56,020 nucleotides of DNA, from assembly GCA_964371395.1 (NCBI GenBank), contig CAYJLU010000001.1:1-56020 (forward strand), given 5' to 3'. Within the stretch, counting starts at the first letter, position 1, and each line of letters starts with the position of its first letter. Positions 1 to 9,590 of the stretch are shown here, piece after piece. Below the pieces are notes generated by a model, which was not told the origin of the DNA, did no database searches, and was given only the letters and a program-made list of their open reading frames with translations. Made by a program: the position numbers and the translations under genes. This DNA is from an uncultured Rikenellaceae bacterium (GTDB taxonomy: Bacteria > Bacteroidota > Bacteroidia > Bacteroidales > Rikenellaceae).

Positions 1-22
1 TATCGCCGCCTTGCAACGGTCT
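1..22. repeat. 22-bp exact repeat TATCGCCGCCTTGCAACGGTCT (copy 1, possibly cut by the window edge)
   Basis: Identical to 26625-26646; the two copies diverge immediately afterwards. Confidence 0.9.
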
Positions 23-43
23 TGTGTGGGCAATGAGCATAAA

Positions 44-81
44 ATAAGTGCCAAGGAAATAATACTTCCCTTGACACTTAT
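44..81 (-). terminator. Probable intrinsic terminator of pfk
   Basis: On the minus strand, ATAAGTGTCAAGGGAA...TTTCCTTGGCACTTAT forms a stem followed by Ts, ~50 nt past the pfk stop. Confidence 0.6.
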
Positions 82-129
82 AAGTTGTCTTATACCGACT
101 AACTTTTATCGTATAGTGTTGTTATATGC

Positions 130-1347
130 CTACCACTCTAAGATCTTCATAAAGTCATACTCCTCTGGATTATCCACGTACTTTGCAGCACGTTTATAGT
201 CTTGAGGTGTTATGTAGTGTAGATTGTTTAGTGCAATCAATCTGAACTTTTCAGTCTCTACATCCACTAATCTAGGCTTTATTTTACCATATTCATCAGC
301 AACACTATCCATAAATAGTGGAGCAATCGAACCATCTCTGCCGACTGTTACCATACAGCCCGTCTCTTTTCTTTCAAATAGTTCATAAACACCTAGACCT
401 AGACGAGTAGCATACGAAAGGTCGTAGGCAATTGGGCGACAACATCTTAATTCGTAGCCCATCTCGTTTGGACGGCTCTTGACCTTAATTCTTAGATTCT
501 TTAGACGCTCCTGTACAAGCATATTGAAGATATGTGATTTGCTTACATTCCCAAGCTCAGGGTGTCCGTGTTCGTCATAGGTAAAGTTTACACCCGTACC
601 TATAACATCTTCATCTGTCATAAAGTGGAATACCCCCTCTGAAATTATTGCAACACCATACGGAATTCCTAGTAAGCGACGCTTTACCATAGATGATATG
701 ACCAGACGTGCAATTTTATCGAAGGTCATCTGTGTTTTGTTGAACATCTCAGGTATGACAATCATAGGGTAGTGGCACGCCGATCCTATACCAAATGCGA
801 GGTGTCCTGCCTCACGCCCCATTGCCGAGACCACGAACCAGTTTCCTGAGGTACGTGCATCCTCATATAGCGTTGTTGCTAGCTTTACACCCTCCTCCTT
901 TGCGGAGTTATAACCAAATGTAGGGTAGCCAGCTGGTAGTGGTAGGTCGTTGTCAATAGTTTTAGGTACGTGGATACTATTTACGTCAATGTTTCTCTCC
1001 TTGAGCCACTTACTAAGGCGATTAGCCGTCGATGCAGTATCGTCTCCGCCGATAGTAACTAAGCACTTAACGTTGTACCTCTCGAAGAAATCACTCTTGA
1101 ACTCCTTATCCTTAGGTTTATATCGACTCATTACAAGTGCTGATCCTCCCCGTGAGTATATATTATCGGCAAAGTCGAAATCGAGGTAAATAAAGTCAGG
1201 TTCTTCGGCAAATAAGCTCTTGTATCCTCCATTGAGTCCGATAACTTGGAATCCATTTTGGCTGAAGATTTTAGTAACTGCTCCGATAACGGTGTTAATC
1301 CCCGGTGCAGGCCCTCCTGCGCATAGTATTGCTACGGATTGTTTCAT
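130..1347 (-). CDS. pfp: Phosphofructokinase, probably PPi-dependent
   Basis: GGPAPGIN, GGDDT and PKTIDND motifs plus MGR; GGDD with K in PKTIDND is the established PPi-type signature. Confidence 0.9.
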   Translation of the reverse strand: MKQSVAILCAGGPAPGINTVIGAVTKIFSQNGFQVIGLNGGYKSLFAEEPDFIYLDFDFADNIYSRGGSALVMSRYKPKDKEFKSDFFERYNVKCLVTIGGDDTASTANRLSKWLKERNIDVNSIHVPKTIDNDLPLPAGYPTFGYNSAKEEGVKLATTLYEDARTSGNWFVVSAMGREAGHLAFGIGSACHYPMIVIPEMFNKTQMTFDKIARLVISSMVKRRLLGIPYGVAIISEGVFHFMTDEDVIGTGVNFTYDEHGHPELGNVSKSHIFNMLVQERLKNLRIKVKSRPNEMGYELRCCRPIAYDLSYATRLGLGVYELFERKETGCMVTVGRDGSIAPLFMDSVADEYGKIKPRLVDVETEKFRLIALNNLHYITPQDYKRAAKYVDNPEEYDFMKILEW

Positions 1348-1385
1348 AGGTGTGTGTTAGTTTAAGGTTTGGTTAGTTGTATTGT

Positions 1386-1428
1386 AAAAAAAAGAGGCTG
1401 AACTACTTTCAATTCAGTAGCCAGCCTC
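1386..1428 (-). terminator. Intrinsic terminator after fbaA
   Basis: GAGGCTG...CAGCCTC stem (1394-1428) with an A8 tract at 1386-1393, which is U8 on the minus-strand RNA. Confidence 0.75.
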
Positions 1429-1443
1429 GATTATTATAGTTTG

Positions 1444-2511
1444 TTATAGAACGTCTATACAATTTAGGTCTTCAAATGATTGCTTTAGGCGAGCAACAAT
1501 TGACTCTTCACCCTTACGAAGCCATACACGTGGATCGTAGTACTTTTTGTTAGGTTTTTCTGCACCCTCAGGGTTGCCAAGTTGCGACTGAAGGTAACCT
1601 TCATTTTGAGTGTAGAAGTCCTTAATACCGCTCCAGAATGCCCACTGCATATCAGTGTCAAGATTCATCTTAATAGCACCATAACCGATAGATTCTCTAA
1701 TCTCTTCTTGAGTCGATCCCGAACCACCGTGGAATACAAAGTTTACAGGTTTTTCGGCAGTGTTGTACTTCTCTTGTATATACTTTTGCGATGCGTCAAG
1801 AATCTTAGGGTTCAGAACTACGTTACCCGGTTTGTACACACCGTGAACGTTACCGAACGAAGCTGCAATTGTAAAGTTAGGGCTAACAGCAAGTAGTGTT
1901 TCGTATGCTTGAGCAACCTCTTCTGGCTGAGTGTAAAGCTTCGATAGCTCAACGTGAGAGTTATCAACGCCATCCTCTTCACCACCAGTGATACCAAGTT
2001 CAATCTCAAGAGTCATACCCATCTTTGCCATACGACCTAGATACTGAGCACAGATCTCAAGGTTTTCCTCAAGTGACTCCTCAGATAGGTCAATCATATG
2101 CGAGCTAAATAGTGGAGTACCAGTCTCAGCAAAGTGCTTCTCTGAGGCATCAAGTAGTCCATCAATCCAAGGAAGAAGTTTTTTCGCTGCGTGGTCAGTG
2201 TGTAGGATTACAGGTACTCCGTAGTGAGCAGCAACTGTATGTACGTGCTTTGCAGCAGCAACAGCACCAATAACAGCAGCCCCTTGCCCCTCAGCCTTGA
2301 TAGCCTTACCTGCATAAAATGCTGCACCACCATTAGATAGCTGAACGATCACAGGAGAATTTACAGCCGCAGCAGTCTCCAACACAGCATTAATTGTGTC
2401 AGTGCCAGTAACGTTTACTGCAGGGATTGCAAAACCTTTTTCCTTTGCGTATGCAAATAGCTGAGATACCTTTTCGCCAGTTAGTACACCAGCAGGGAAT
2501 TTCTTTTCCAT
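1444..2511 (-). CDS. fbaA: Class II fructose-bisphosphate aldolase
   Basis: LHTDH, FSSHMIDLS, FGNVHGVYKPG, FHGGSGS and KKYYDPRVWLR motifs. Confidence 0.97.
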   Translation of the reverse strand: MEKKFPAGVLTGEKVSQLFAYAKEKGFAIPAVNVTGTDTINAVLETAAAVNSPVIVQLSNGGAAFYAGKAIKAEGQGAAVIGAVAAAKHVHTVAAHYGVPVILHTDHAAKKLLPWIDGLLDASEKHFAETGTPLFSSHMIDLSEESLEENLEICAQYLGRMAKMGMTLEIELGITGGEEDGVDNSHVELSKLYTQPEEVAQAYETLLAVSPNFTIAASFGNVHGVYKPGNVVLNPKILDASQKYIQEKYNTAEKPVNFVFHGGSGSTQEEIRESIGYGAIKMNLDTDMQWAFWSGIKDFYTQNEGYLQSQLGNPEGAEKPNKKYYDPRVWLRKGEESIVARLKQSFEDLNCIDVL

Positions 2512-2587
2512 TGGATTTTTATTGTTAAAAGATTAAAAAAATATATGATTAATATTTGCGTAAAGATAGTAATTTTTTTATTTATCT

Positions 2588-2926
2588 TTATAATTTAGCG
2601 AGGAATTTTTCACGATTGACTATGTAGCGTTCGTGCGTGCCCTCGCCAATTAGTCCTTTGGAGTCGTGTGCCTCTACTCTAAATGTGAGTTTACGCCCAT
2701 CTCTCTGGGTTAGTGTAGCCTTTGCATACACCTCATCACCAACTGCTGTGGCTCTGAGGTGTGCAACGTTTACTAGTGTGCCAACGGTAGTTTCAGCATC
2801 TGTGCACTCTGATCCTGCAACATTCATTGCCTCGCCCTCCATTAGTGCTACCATCATTGGTGTAGCAAATACTGCGAGATCACCCGAGCCAACCTCTTTT
2901 GCTGTGTGTCTTTGTTCAATTATCAT
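2588..2926 (-). CDS. Fluoroacetyl-CoA thioesterase (FlK)-like hotdog-fold thioesterase
   Basis: GSGDLAVFATPMMVALME, TVGTLVNVAHLRAT and IGEGTHERYIV motifs. The start was moved to ATG 2926 because the longer ORF-track start lies inside fprA. Confidence 0.85.
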   Translation of the reverse strand: MIIEQRHTAKEVGSGDLAVFATPMMVALMEGEAMNVAGSECTDAETTVGTLVNVAHLRATAVGDEVYAKATLTQRDGRKLTFRVEAHDSKGLIGEGTHERYIVNREKFLAKL

Positions 2927-2930
2927 AGTG

Positions 2931-4121
2931 TTAATTCGATAGAATTTTTTGAGCCATTGCCTCTGCAATAGCATCAAGTTGTAAAAGTTTCTCGGCAGTC
3001 GGTGTACCGTGAAGATCAGCCGCAGGTGCAACCTGTTCCCAACCGATAGTCTCGGCAAAGCTCTGAAGGTTTCTAACACCGCCACCATTCCAGCTATACG
3101 AGCCAAATAAGCCTAATTCCTTATTCTTAATTCCCATATGCTCTATCTCACGGGTGAGTTGCTCCATCATTGGGAACATATTTGAGTTATAGGCACACGA
3201 ACCTAGAATCACTCCTCTATACTTCCAAATATCGGAGATTAGGTACGAAAGGTGCGATTTGCTGACATCGTGTACCTTGATCTTATGGATGCCATACTCA
3301 GCAAGTTTTCGTGCTAGATAGTCAGCCATCTCCGCCGTGTTGCCATACATTGAGGCGTAGATAAGTACTACTCCGTCTCTTGCAATATATTTACTCCAAC
3401 GATCATAGAGTTCAATAACCCTAGATGGATTTGTGCGCCATATTGGACCGTGGAGAGGGCAAATTACCTTTATCTCTACTCCTGCGAGCTTTGCAAAGGC
3501 CTTTTGTACCATATTAGAATACTTACCCACGATATTAGAGTAGTATCGTCGCATCTCCTCACGATATGACTCAAAGTCAATCTCATCGTCGAAGATAGTG
3601 CCATCAAGTGTACCAAAAGTACCAAAGGCATCAGCCGAGAATAGCATCTTCTCAGTGGTACAGTAGGTCATCATAGTCTCTGGCCAGTGAACCCAAGGAG
3701 TAAGCACAAATTTAAGGTTATGGTGCCCAAGCGAAAGCTCATCACCATCCTTTACCAGTCGTAGGTTATCCTTAATGCCGTAGTATGCCTCTAGTATCTT
3801 GAATGTATTAGCATTACCGACTATCTCGACATTAGGCCAGCGACGTATTACTGCTGCAATCTCGCCTGAGTGGTCAAGCTCCATATGGTTGATGATTAGG
3901 TAGTCAAGATCTTTGCCGTCGAGTGAATCTTCGACCATAGCCAGAAATGACTCTCCGCTCTGTCCCGCCTCGATAGTATCGAGTAGTGCGGTCTTTTCGT
4001 CTCTAATCAAGTATGAGTTATAGCTAACACCATTTGGTAGTGGCCACATATTCTCAAATCTCTCCTTACGCCTATCATTTACACCTATGTAATAGACATT
4101 TTCGATTACTTTAATTTTCAT
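2931..4121 (-). CDS. fprA: Class A flavodiiron protein (O2/NO reductase family)
   Basis: SYNSYLI, HMELDH, HWPE, DAFG and PLHG diiron motifs, plus a flavodoxin domain (SMYGNT, FGSYSW). Confidence 0.93.
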   Translation of the reverse strand: MKIKVIENVYYIGVNDRRKERFENMWPLPNGVSYNSYLIRDEKTALLDTIEAGQSGESFLAMVEDSLDGKDLDYLIINHMELDHSGEIAAVIRRWPNVEIVGNANTFKILEAYYGIKDNLRLVKDGDELSLGHHNLKFVLTPWVHWPETMMTYCTTEKMLFSADAFGTFGTLDGTIFDDEIDFESYREEMRRYYSNIVGKYSNMVQKAFAKLAGVEIKVICPLHGPIWRTNPSRVIELYDRWSKYIARDGVVLIYASMYGNTAEMADYLARKLAEYGIHKIKVHDVSKSHLSYLISDIWKYRGVILGSCAYNSNMFPMMEQLTREIEHMGIKNKELGLFGSYSWNGGGVRNLQSFAETIGWEQVAPAADLHGTPTAEKLLQLDAIAEAMAQKILSN

Positions 4122-4160
4122 TGTTTTTTCAGGGATTTTTCTTTAACAAAAATAGAATTT

Positions 4161-6227
4161 TTATAATAGTTCTGCCTCGGCATTAGCGTGAATACAGGCT
4201 ACATATTCGTCTAGGTAATCCTGTCCCATCTCTTTTGCCATAGGATAGAATGGGTTCATAATTGTAGTGCGCAGTACAAAGAGACCGTGCTTCTTATACT
4301 CCTCACGTGTTACCTTAAGCCTAGTTAGAACCTCTTTGATTGAATCATAACTATATAGCGAGTCGAAGAACATAGTCTTGCTTACATAGTAGTCATACTT
4401 ATTACTTGAGCGAGGTGCATCAATTTTCTCTATTGCCATTCGACAGTAGATACCATCGTTAAACTTATTTGCTTCCTCTAGCGACATTGTACCATCGACC
4501 TGACCATTCTCTAGTACGGGACGCATCACAAAGCAAATCAAATTACTATCAGCCTTATGTAATGGAATGAATGTAAATTTACGTCCGCTACACTTTATAT
4601 CCTCAATCCTCATTTTCATAGCTGCCTTTGCTGCATATTCATCAAAGTCGGCTAGGTGACCCTCGAATAGCGTTTGTAGGCGTACTGTACTCTGAAGTGA
4701 AGATTTTATAATCTTACCGTGTCCTATGATATTCAGCGGGATGGTCTTATGTGCAAGATAGCACGAGGCTGCGGCAGCTCCCGGCTTTGACCCCTCAAGA
4801 ATATAGCTACCAACCTCGTTAATCTCTGGAGCTTTGTCATATTCTATAACCTCCTCGCCGTAGAAGATATATGGAGCCTCTTGCTTGATATGTTCTACTA
4901 CGACGGAGTGTTTAAACGATACAATACCTGCTGGATATGGTGTATAGCCAAGTTTATGTGGGTCGATGGTAACGGAGTCAGACTCAGGGAATGCCATCCA
5001 CGATCTATATACATTTGGGTCGTGTTGCCAAATATCCTCGGAGGTTGAGCCTACCATATTCTTATTTATACGTTCTTGATACTCTTTGATAGAGTCAGGA
5101 TTTTTTACATCATAACCACAGAATAGTGTACGGATATATCCACCCCAAGCTGCATCAATATGTAACCAGAACGAGCGATTCTGAGTCTTGGATAACTCCT
5201 TACGTAACGAAACAATTTCGTGTACTGGATCAATGGCACCCTCTTCGGTTGTACCTGTAATAGCTATAACGGCAGCAACATACTCGTCCTCAGCGAGGTT
5301 TAGTAGCTCGTCACGTAGCTTACCACAATTTATTCTAAAGCGATGATCTACGTCGATAAGGCGTACGGCTCTCTCGCCGTAGCCAAGAATATTTGCCGCT
5401 TTCTTTACAGAGTAGTGTGCAGATGGTGATACGAAGATTACGGGTCTAACTCCTAGTCTGTGGAGTATATCCGTTAGTCCGCAACTAATAACATTATAAT
5501 CGCTATTTTTAGTTGCCTGCGAAATTTGAGTCGTTGCACTCTTTAGATCCCAACCATAGTTCTCCACTAGAGTTCGTGTTAACTCCCTCACCATAAATAG
5601 AGCAGTAGTAGGGTTTAGAGCGAGCATAGTCCTATTCGTACACTCCTTAATATCTACCGTCTCTCCGTTAGGAGTTGTAATTGCAAGGTCAATTTGGTTA
5701 TTCTCGCAAAACTCACGCACAATAAATGGAATGAACTTAGCGGTTCGAGCAACCCATAAAGCCTCGATATTTGCAACAGTACCCCCAGAGGTGAGGTGCG
5801 TCCAAGCATTTTTACCGTCATAGCCTAACATATTAGCTATCATAACACCTACCTCAAGCTCCATTGGTACTGCAATTGGAGAACTCTCACCACTCACATT
5901 ATTGGAGTTGTAGAGCATACCTGCCATATAGCCTACAACTGAAGGTAGAGTCTGCTCCGATACCATATGAGCTAGGTAACGAGGTGAATAGTTAGGGTTA
6001 TTGGACTTAAATGCAGCTAGAATTTTATCTAGCTCTGAACTCATTTTATCTATCCACTCTTCATTCTGTCGAATTGTAGTACGTTGAAACACTGCATTAT
6101 CGTTAGGGTAGTTGTTTCTTCGCCAGTGAGCGTGGTCTCTGAGAATATAGACTAAAAACTCTTCCCAAATTGAGTTTTGTTCGCCCTTAGGGCCCATAAA
6201 CCAAGCGGAGTGAGATGTTTTTTTCAT
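4161..6227 (-). CDS. Group II PLP-dependent decarboxylase, tyrosine decarboxylase-like; substrate unverified
   Basis: HIDAAWGGY, SVTIDPHKLGY (PLP lysine), NNVSGESSP, GTTEEGAID and EGSKPGAAA resemble enterococcal TyrDC motifs. Confidence 0.85.
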   Translation of the reverse strand: MKKTSHSAWFMGPKGEQNSIWEEFLVYILRDHAHWRRNNYPNDNAVFQRTTIRQNEEWIDKMSSELDKILAAFKSNNPNYSPRYLAHMVSEQTLPSVVGYMAGMLYNSNNVSGESSPIAVPMELEVGVMIANMLGYDGKNAWTHLTSGGTVANIEALWVARTAKFIPFIVREFCENNQIDLAITTPNGETVDIKECTNRTMLALNPTTALFMVRELTRTLVENYGWDLKSATTQISQATKNSDYNVISCGLTDILHRLGVRPVIFVSPSAHYSVKKAANILGYGERAVRLIDVDHRFRINCGKLRDELLNLAEDEYVAAVIAITGTTEEGAIDPVHEIVSLRKELSKTQNRSFWLHIDAAWGGYIRTLFCGYDVKNPDSIKEYQERINKNMVGSTSEDIWQHDPNVYRSWMAFPESDSVTIDPHKLGYTPYPAGIVSFKHSVVVEHIKQEAPYIFYGEEVIEYDKAPEINEVGSYILEGSKPGAAAASCYLAHKTIPLNIIGHGKIIKSSLQSTVRLQTLFEGHLADFDEYAAKAAMKMRIEDIKCSGRKFTFIPLHKADSNLICFVMRPVLENGQVDGTMSLEEANKFNDGIYCRMAIEKIDAPRSSNKYDYYVSKTMFFDSLYSYDSIKEVLTRLKVTREEYKKHGLFVLRTTIMNPFYPMAKEMGQDYLDEYVACIHANAEAELL

Positions 6228-6266
6228 AGGGTGATTTAGGGTAAATTAGGTTGTTGGTTAATTATA

Positions 6267-7688
6267 TCATTCAACAGCTAGCTGCTGTACTTGTCTTGTT
6301 GCAATTTTAGGGTTGGCAATAACATTACACCCATTGACACATCCTCCCTCACAAGCCATCACCTCAACCATATTGCCCGGGCAGTTATTTACATATCCCT
6401 TGAGTTCACGAATCGATTGTTTTGTGATACCATTGATTACTATTGGTTTCATCTCGTATCTATCTCCAACCTGCTTCTGAACTGCGGCAGCTACTCCAGC
6501 TGTTGCAGCATAACCTCTCGATGAAGCCTTGATCTGGCTGTCGAGTGTTATTGTAGCCTCTTGGTTAATATCTATGCCTAGTGCGACCATTGCGGTTCCC
6601 ACCTCCTCGAACGATAGTACATAGTCTACATTTGGATCGCCAAATGCCTCGTGTCTTTTAGCTAGGCACGGACCTATAAATACTATCTTTGCATCGGGGT
6701 TATTACGACGAACAATCTCCGCTGCGTAGTACATCGGCGAGCGAGTATGAGAAACAAAAGGCTTAACCTCTGGTATGTGTTTAGCCGCAAGACGATAGTA
6801 TGATGGGCAGCAAGACGTTGTCATAAACTTCTCGCCAGCCTCCATCTTCTCGATAAACTCCTCTGCCTCATTAGCAGTGGTAACATCTGCACCCTTGGCA
6901 ACCTCCTCGACCTCATCAAATCCTAGCTTTTTGATAGCAGATAGTATTCTATCGAGCGGGGTTTTGAACTGCCCAGCTATTGCAGGGGCAACGATAGCGA
7001 TGGTCTTTTCGTCGTTATTTTTCAGTGATTTATAAACATCTATAATGTGCGAACGCTCCATAATTGCACCGAATGGGCAAGCTGATATACAGCGACCACA
7101 GTAGATACACTTCGAGTGATCTATGACTTCTTTTCCTTTCTCGTTTTTAGAGATTGCACTCACAGGACAGCTCTCCTCGCACGGTACTGGTTGGTAAATA
7201 ATGGCGTGAAAAGGGCACGCCTTCATACACATTCCACAGTTAACGCAGTTCGAGCTTTCGATATGCGCTTGCCCATTGGCAAAGAAAATAGCCTTTTTAT
7301 TACAACTACTCTCGCACGGGCGGGCAACGCAACCACGACACATATTAGTAACCACATAGTTTACTTTAATACACGCAGAACACGCTTCATCCATTACCGA
7401 CATCGGACTTTTACCTACTTGGGTACGAGCAAATGCTTCTGTACAGTACTCACTAAGTCGAGTACGTTCGTCCTTTTCCTCCTCAATACCAAAGCCTAAT
7501 ACTCCCATTGTTCGGAACTTTAGCATAGCTCTATCCTTATAGACACAACACCTAGTGACCTCAGCATCACGAGGGCGCATAATATATGGAATATCATCAA
7601 TGTTTTCGAGAAGGTCACCACGATCCAAGTGCCCTATAACTCTGGTTAAAAGCTCTCTACGAACTAGATCTGATTTATTTATAGCCAT
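6267..7688 (-). CDS. Monomeric [FeFe]-hydrogenase, group B type
   Basis: H-cluster motifs TSCCP, GPCLAKRHE and EVMACEGGCVNG; N-terminal ferredoxin motifs CVNCGMCMKACP, CIYCGRCISACP and CRGCVARPC. Confidence 0.9.
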   Translation of the reverse strand: MAINKSDLVRRELLTRVIGHLDRGDLLENIDDIPYIMRPRDAEVTRCCVYKDRAMLKFRTMGVLGFGIEEEKDERTRLSEYCTEAFARTQVGKSPMSVMDEACSACIKVNYVVTNMCRGCVARPCESSCNKKAIFFANGQAHIESSNCVNCGMCMKACPFHAIIYQPVPCEESCPVSAISKNEKGKEVIDHSKCIYCGRCISACPFGAIMERSHIIDVYKSLKNNDEKTIAIVAPAIAGQFKTPLDRILSAIKKLGFDEVEEVAKGADVTTANEAEEFIEKMEAGEKFMTTSCCPSYYRLAAKHIPEVKPFVSHTRSPMYYAAEIVRRNNPDAKIVFIGPCLAKRHEAFGDPNVDYVLSFEEVGTAMVALGIDINQEATITLDSQIKASSRGYAATAGVAAAVQKQVGDRYEMKPIVINGITKQSIRELKGYVNNCPGNMVEVMACEGGCVNGCNVIANPKIATRQVQQLAVE

Positions 7689-7712
7689 TATATTATCTTA
7701 TAAATTTGGGGG

Positions 7713-7970
7713 TTAAAGGGTGCATTGCACCCTAATTTCATCTATAATTTTATCCTTAGTAGCACTGCTTATTACAGTGTCGCCAACCATAGCAAATGGA
7801 GCCTTTCCAGCCTCTTCACCTCTATTGCAGAGATCTAGGCAAGTTACTCCTCTTATATCAACTACCGAGATTAGTTCTTCGGGTAGTTGTTCGTCAAGGA
7901 GTTGAAGTTCTGATCCACCCATTACGTAGCACATTGTGCCGCAACATAGCTTTACAATTACCTTTTCCAT
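7713..7970 (-). CDS. Small thioredoxin-like (NuoE-type) [2Fe-2S] protein
   Basis: CCGTMCYVMG and CLDLC...APF motifs; 85 aa; lies directly upstream of the hydrogenase. Confidence 0.8.
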   Translation of the reverse strand: MEKVIVKLCCGTMCYVMGGSELQLLDEQLPEELISVVDIRGVTCLDLCNRGEEAGKAPFAMVGDTVISSATKDKIIDEIRVQCTL

Positions 7971-8050
7971 AGTACTAAAAATTTAAGTTTGTTTGTTATA
8001 TCTACTAAGTAAAGTTAAGCATTCTTTACTAAAAATCAAAAAAAGTATCC

Positions 8051-9544
8051 CTACTTTTCAGGGCGCATCTGCGGGAAGAATAGTACTTCTTGTATTGAGG
8101 TCTGTCCCGTCATAAACATAGTAAGGCGGTCGATACCTATACCCATACCCGAACACGTTGGCATACCATACTCAAGTGCACGAATGAAGTCTCCGTCGAT
8201 AAACATAGCCTCATCATCACCCTTTTTACTTAGCTCTAGCTGTTCCTCAAATCTCTCACGTTGCTCAATAGGATCATTAAGCTCGCTATATGCGTTGGCT
8301 AACTCCTTACCTCCCACAAATAGTTCAAATCGTTCGGTTAGATGAGGTTCCGAGCGGTGACGCTTAGTGAGCGGTGACATCTCAACTGGGTAGTCAATAA
8401 TGAATGTAGGTTGTTCTAGTAGGTGTTCGCACTTCTCGCCAAATATTGCATCAATTAGCTTACCAACGCCCATTGTCTTATCGGTGTGAATCTCTAACTC
8501 AGCGCACTTAGCACGTAACTCCTCCTCGCTTTTGCCCGTGATGTCGAATCCAGTTGCACTCTTGATTGCATCGGTCATCGATAGGCGAGCAAATGGAGCC
8601 TTAAAGTCGAAGGTCTTATCGCCAAAGCTCACCTCAGTTGTGCCGTGTAGTGCTAGGGCAACCTTCTCGACCATCTTTTCTGTGAATTCCATCATCCACT
8701 TATAGTCCTTATACGCTACGTATATCTCCATAACAGTAAACTCTGGATTATGGGTTCTATCCATACCCTCATTACGGAAATCTTTAGCAAATTCATACAC
8801 ACCTTCGAATCCACCAACAATTAATCTCTTTAGGTACAACTCATTTGCAATACGTAGATACAGAGGTATATCAAGTGCGTTGTGGTGAGTGATAAATGGA
8901 CGAGCCGATGCTCCTCCGGGGATAGATTGTAGAATTGGAGTCTCAACCTCTAGGTATCCGTGATCGTTGAAGTACTCACGCATAGTATTGATAATCTTTG
9001 TACGCTTTAGGAATGTATCACGCACCTCGCTATTTACGATTAGGTCAACGTAGCGCATTCTATAACGAAGTTCAGGGTCAGAGAAAGCATCAAATACCTT
9101 TCCATCTTGCTCCTTAACGATAGGTAGTGGTCGTAGCGATTTACTAAGTATTGTGAACTTTTCGCAGTGAACCGATAGCTGCCCTGTTTTTGTTATAAAA
9201 GAAAAGCCCTCAACGCCAACTATATCGCCAATGTCGAGAAGTTTTTTAAATACAGTGTTATAGAGTGTAGGATCTCCCTCTGGACACACCTCATCACGTT
9301 TGATATAGACCTGAATACGCCCAGTTGTATCTTGCAGCTCAAAGAATGAGGCATTACCCATTATTCTTCTACTCATAATGCGACCTGCAACAGATAACTT
9401 CTGCTCTGGTTTCTCTCCCTCACTCTCGATCTGAGCAGCGGTATGCGTTACCTTAAATTCTGCTGCTGGATACGGGTCAATTCCTAGCTCACGAAGCTTT
9501 GTGAGCGACTCTCTGCGGATGATTTCCTGTTCTGATAGTTCCAT
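8051..9544 (-). CDS. lysS: Lysine--tRNA ligase, class II
   Basis: [32 protein letters not shown] and GMGIGIDRL motifs. Confidence 0.98.
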   Translation of the reverse strand: MELSEQEIIRRESLTKLRELGIDPYPAAEFKVTHTAAQIESEGEKPEQKLSVAGRIMSRRIMGNASFFELQDTTGRIQVYIKRDEVCPEGDPTLYNTVFKKLLDIGDIVGVEGFSFITKTGQLSVHCEKFTILSKSLRPLPIVKEQDGKVFDAFSDPELRYRMRYVDLIVNSEVRDTFLKRTKIINTMREYFNDHGYLEVETPILQSIPGGASARPFITHHNALDIPLYLRIANELYLKRLIVGGFEGVYEFAKDFRNEGMDRTHNPEFTVMEIYVAYKDYKWMMEFTEKMVEKVALALHGTTEVSFGDKTFDFKAPFARLSMTDAIKSATGFDITGKSEEELRAKCAELEIHTDKTMGVGKLIDAIFGEKCEHLLEQPTFIIDYPVEMSPLTKRHRSEPHLTERFELFVGGKELANAYSELNDPIEQRERFEEQLELSKKGDDEAMFIDGDFIRALEYGMPTCSGMGIGIDRLTMFMTGQTSIQEVLFFPQMRPEK

Positions 9545-9590
9545 TTTTCTTCTACTTTTATTTTTTTTGTATATACAATCTCAATATTTA

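Noticed and set aside
11..199. 62-aa ORF at the window start
   Set aside because: TTG start, runs through the repeat and terminator hairpins and into the pfk 3' end; no protein-like features.
2927..3106. N-terminal extension of the thioesterase ORF in the ORF track
   Set aside because: It overlaps the fprA 3' end in another frame; family similarity begins only at the ATG at 2926.
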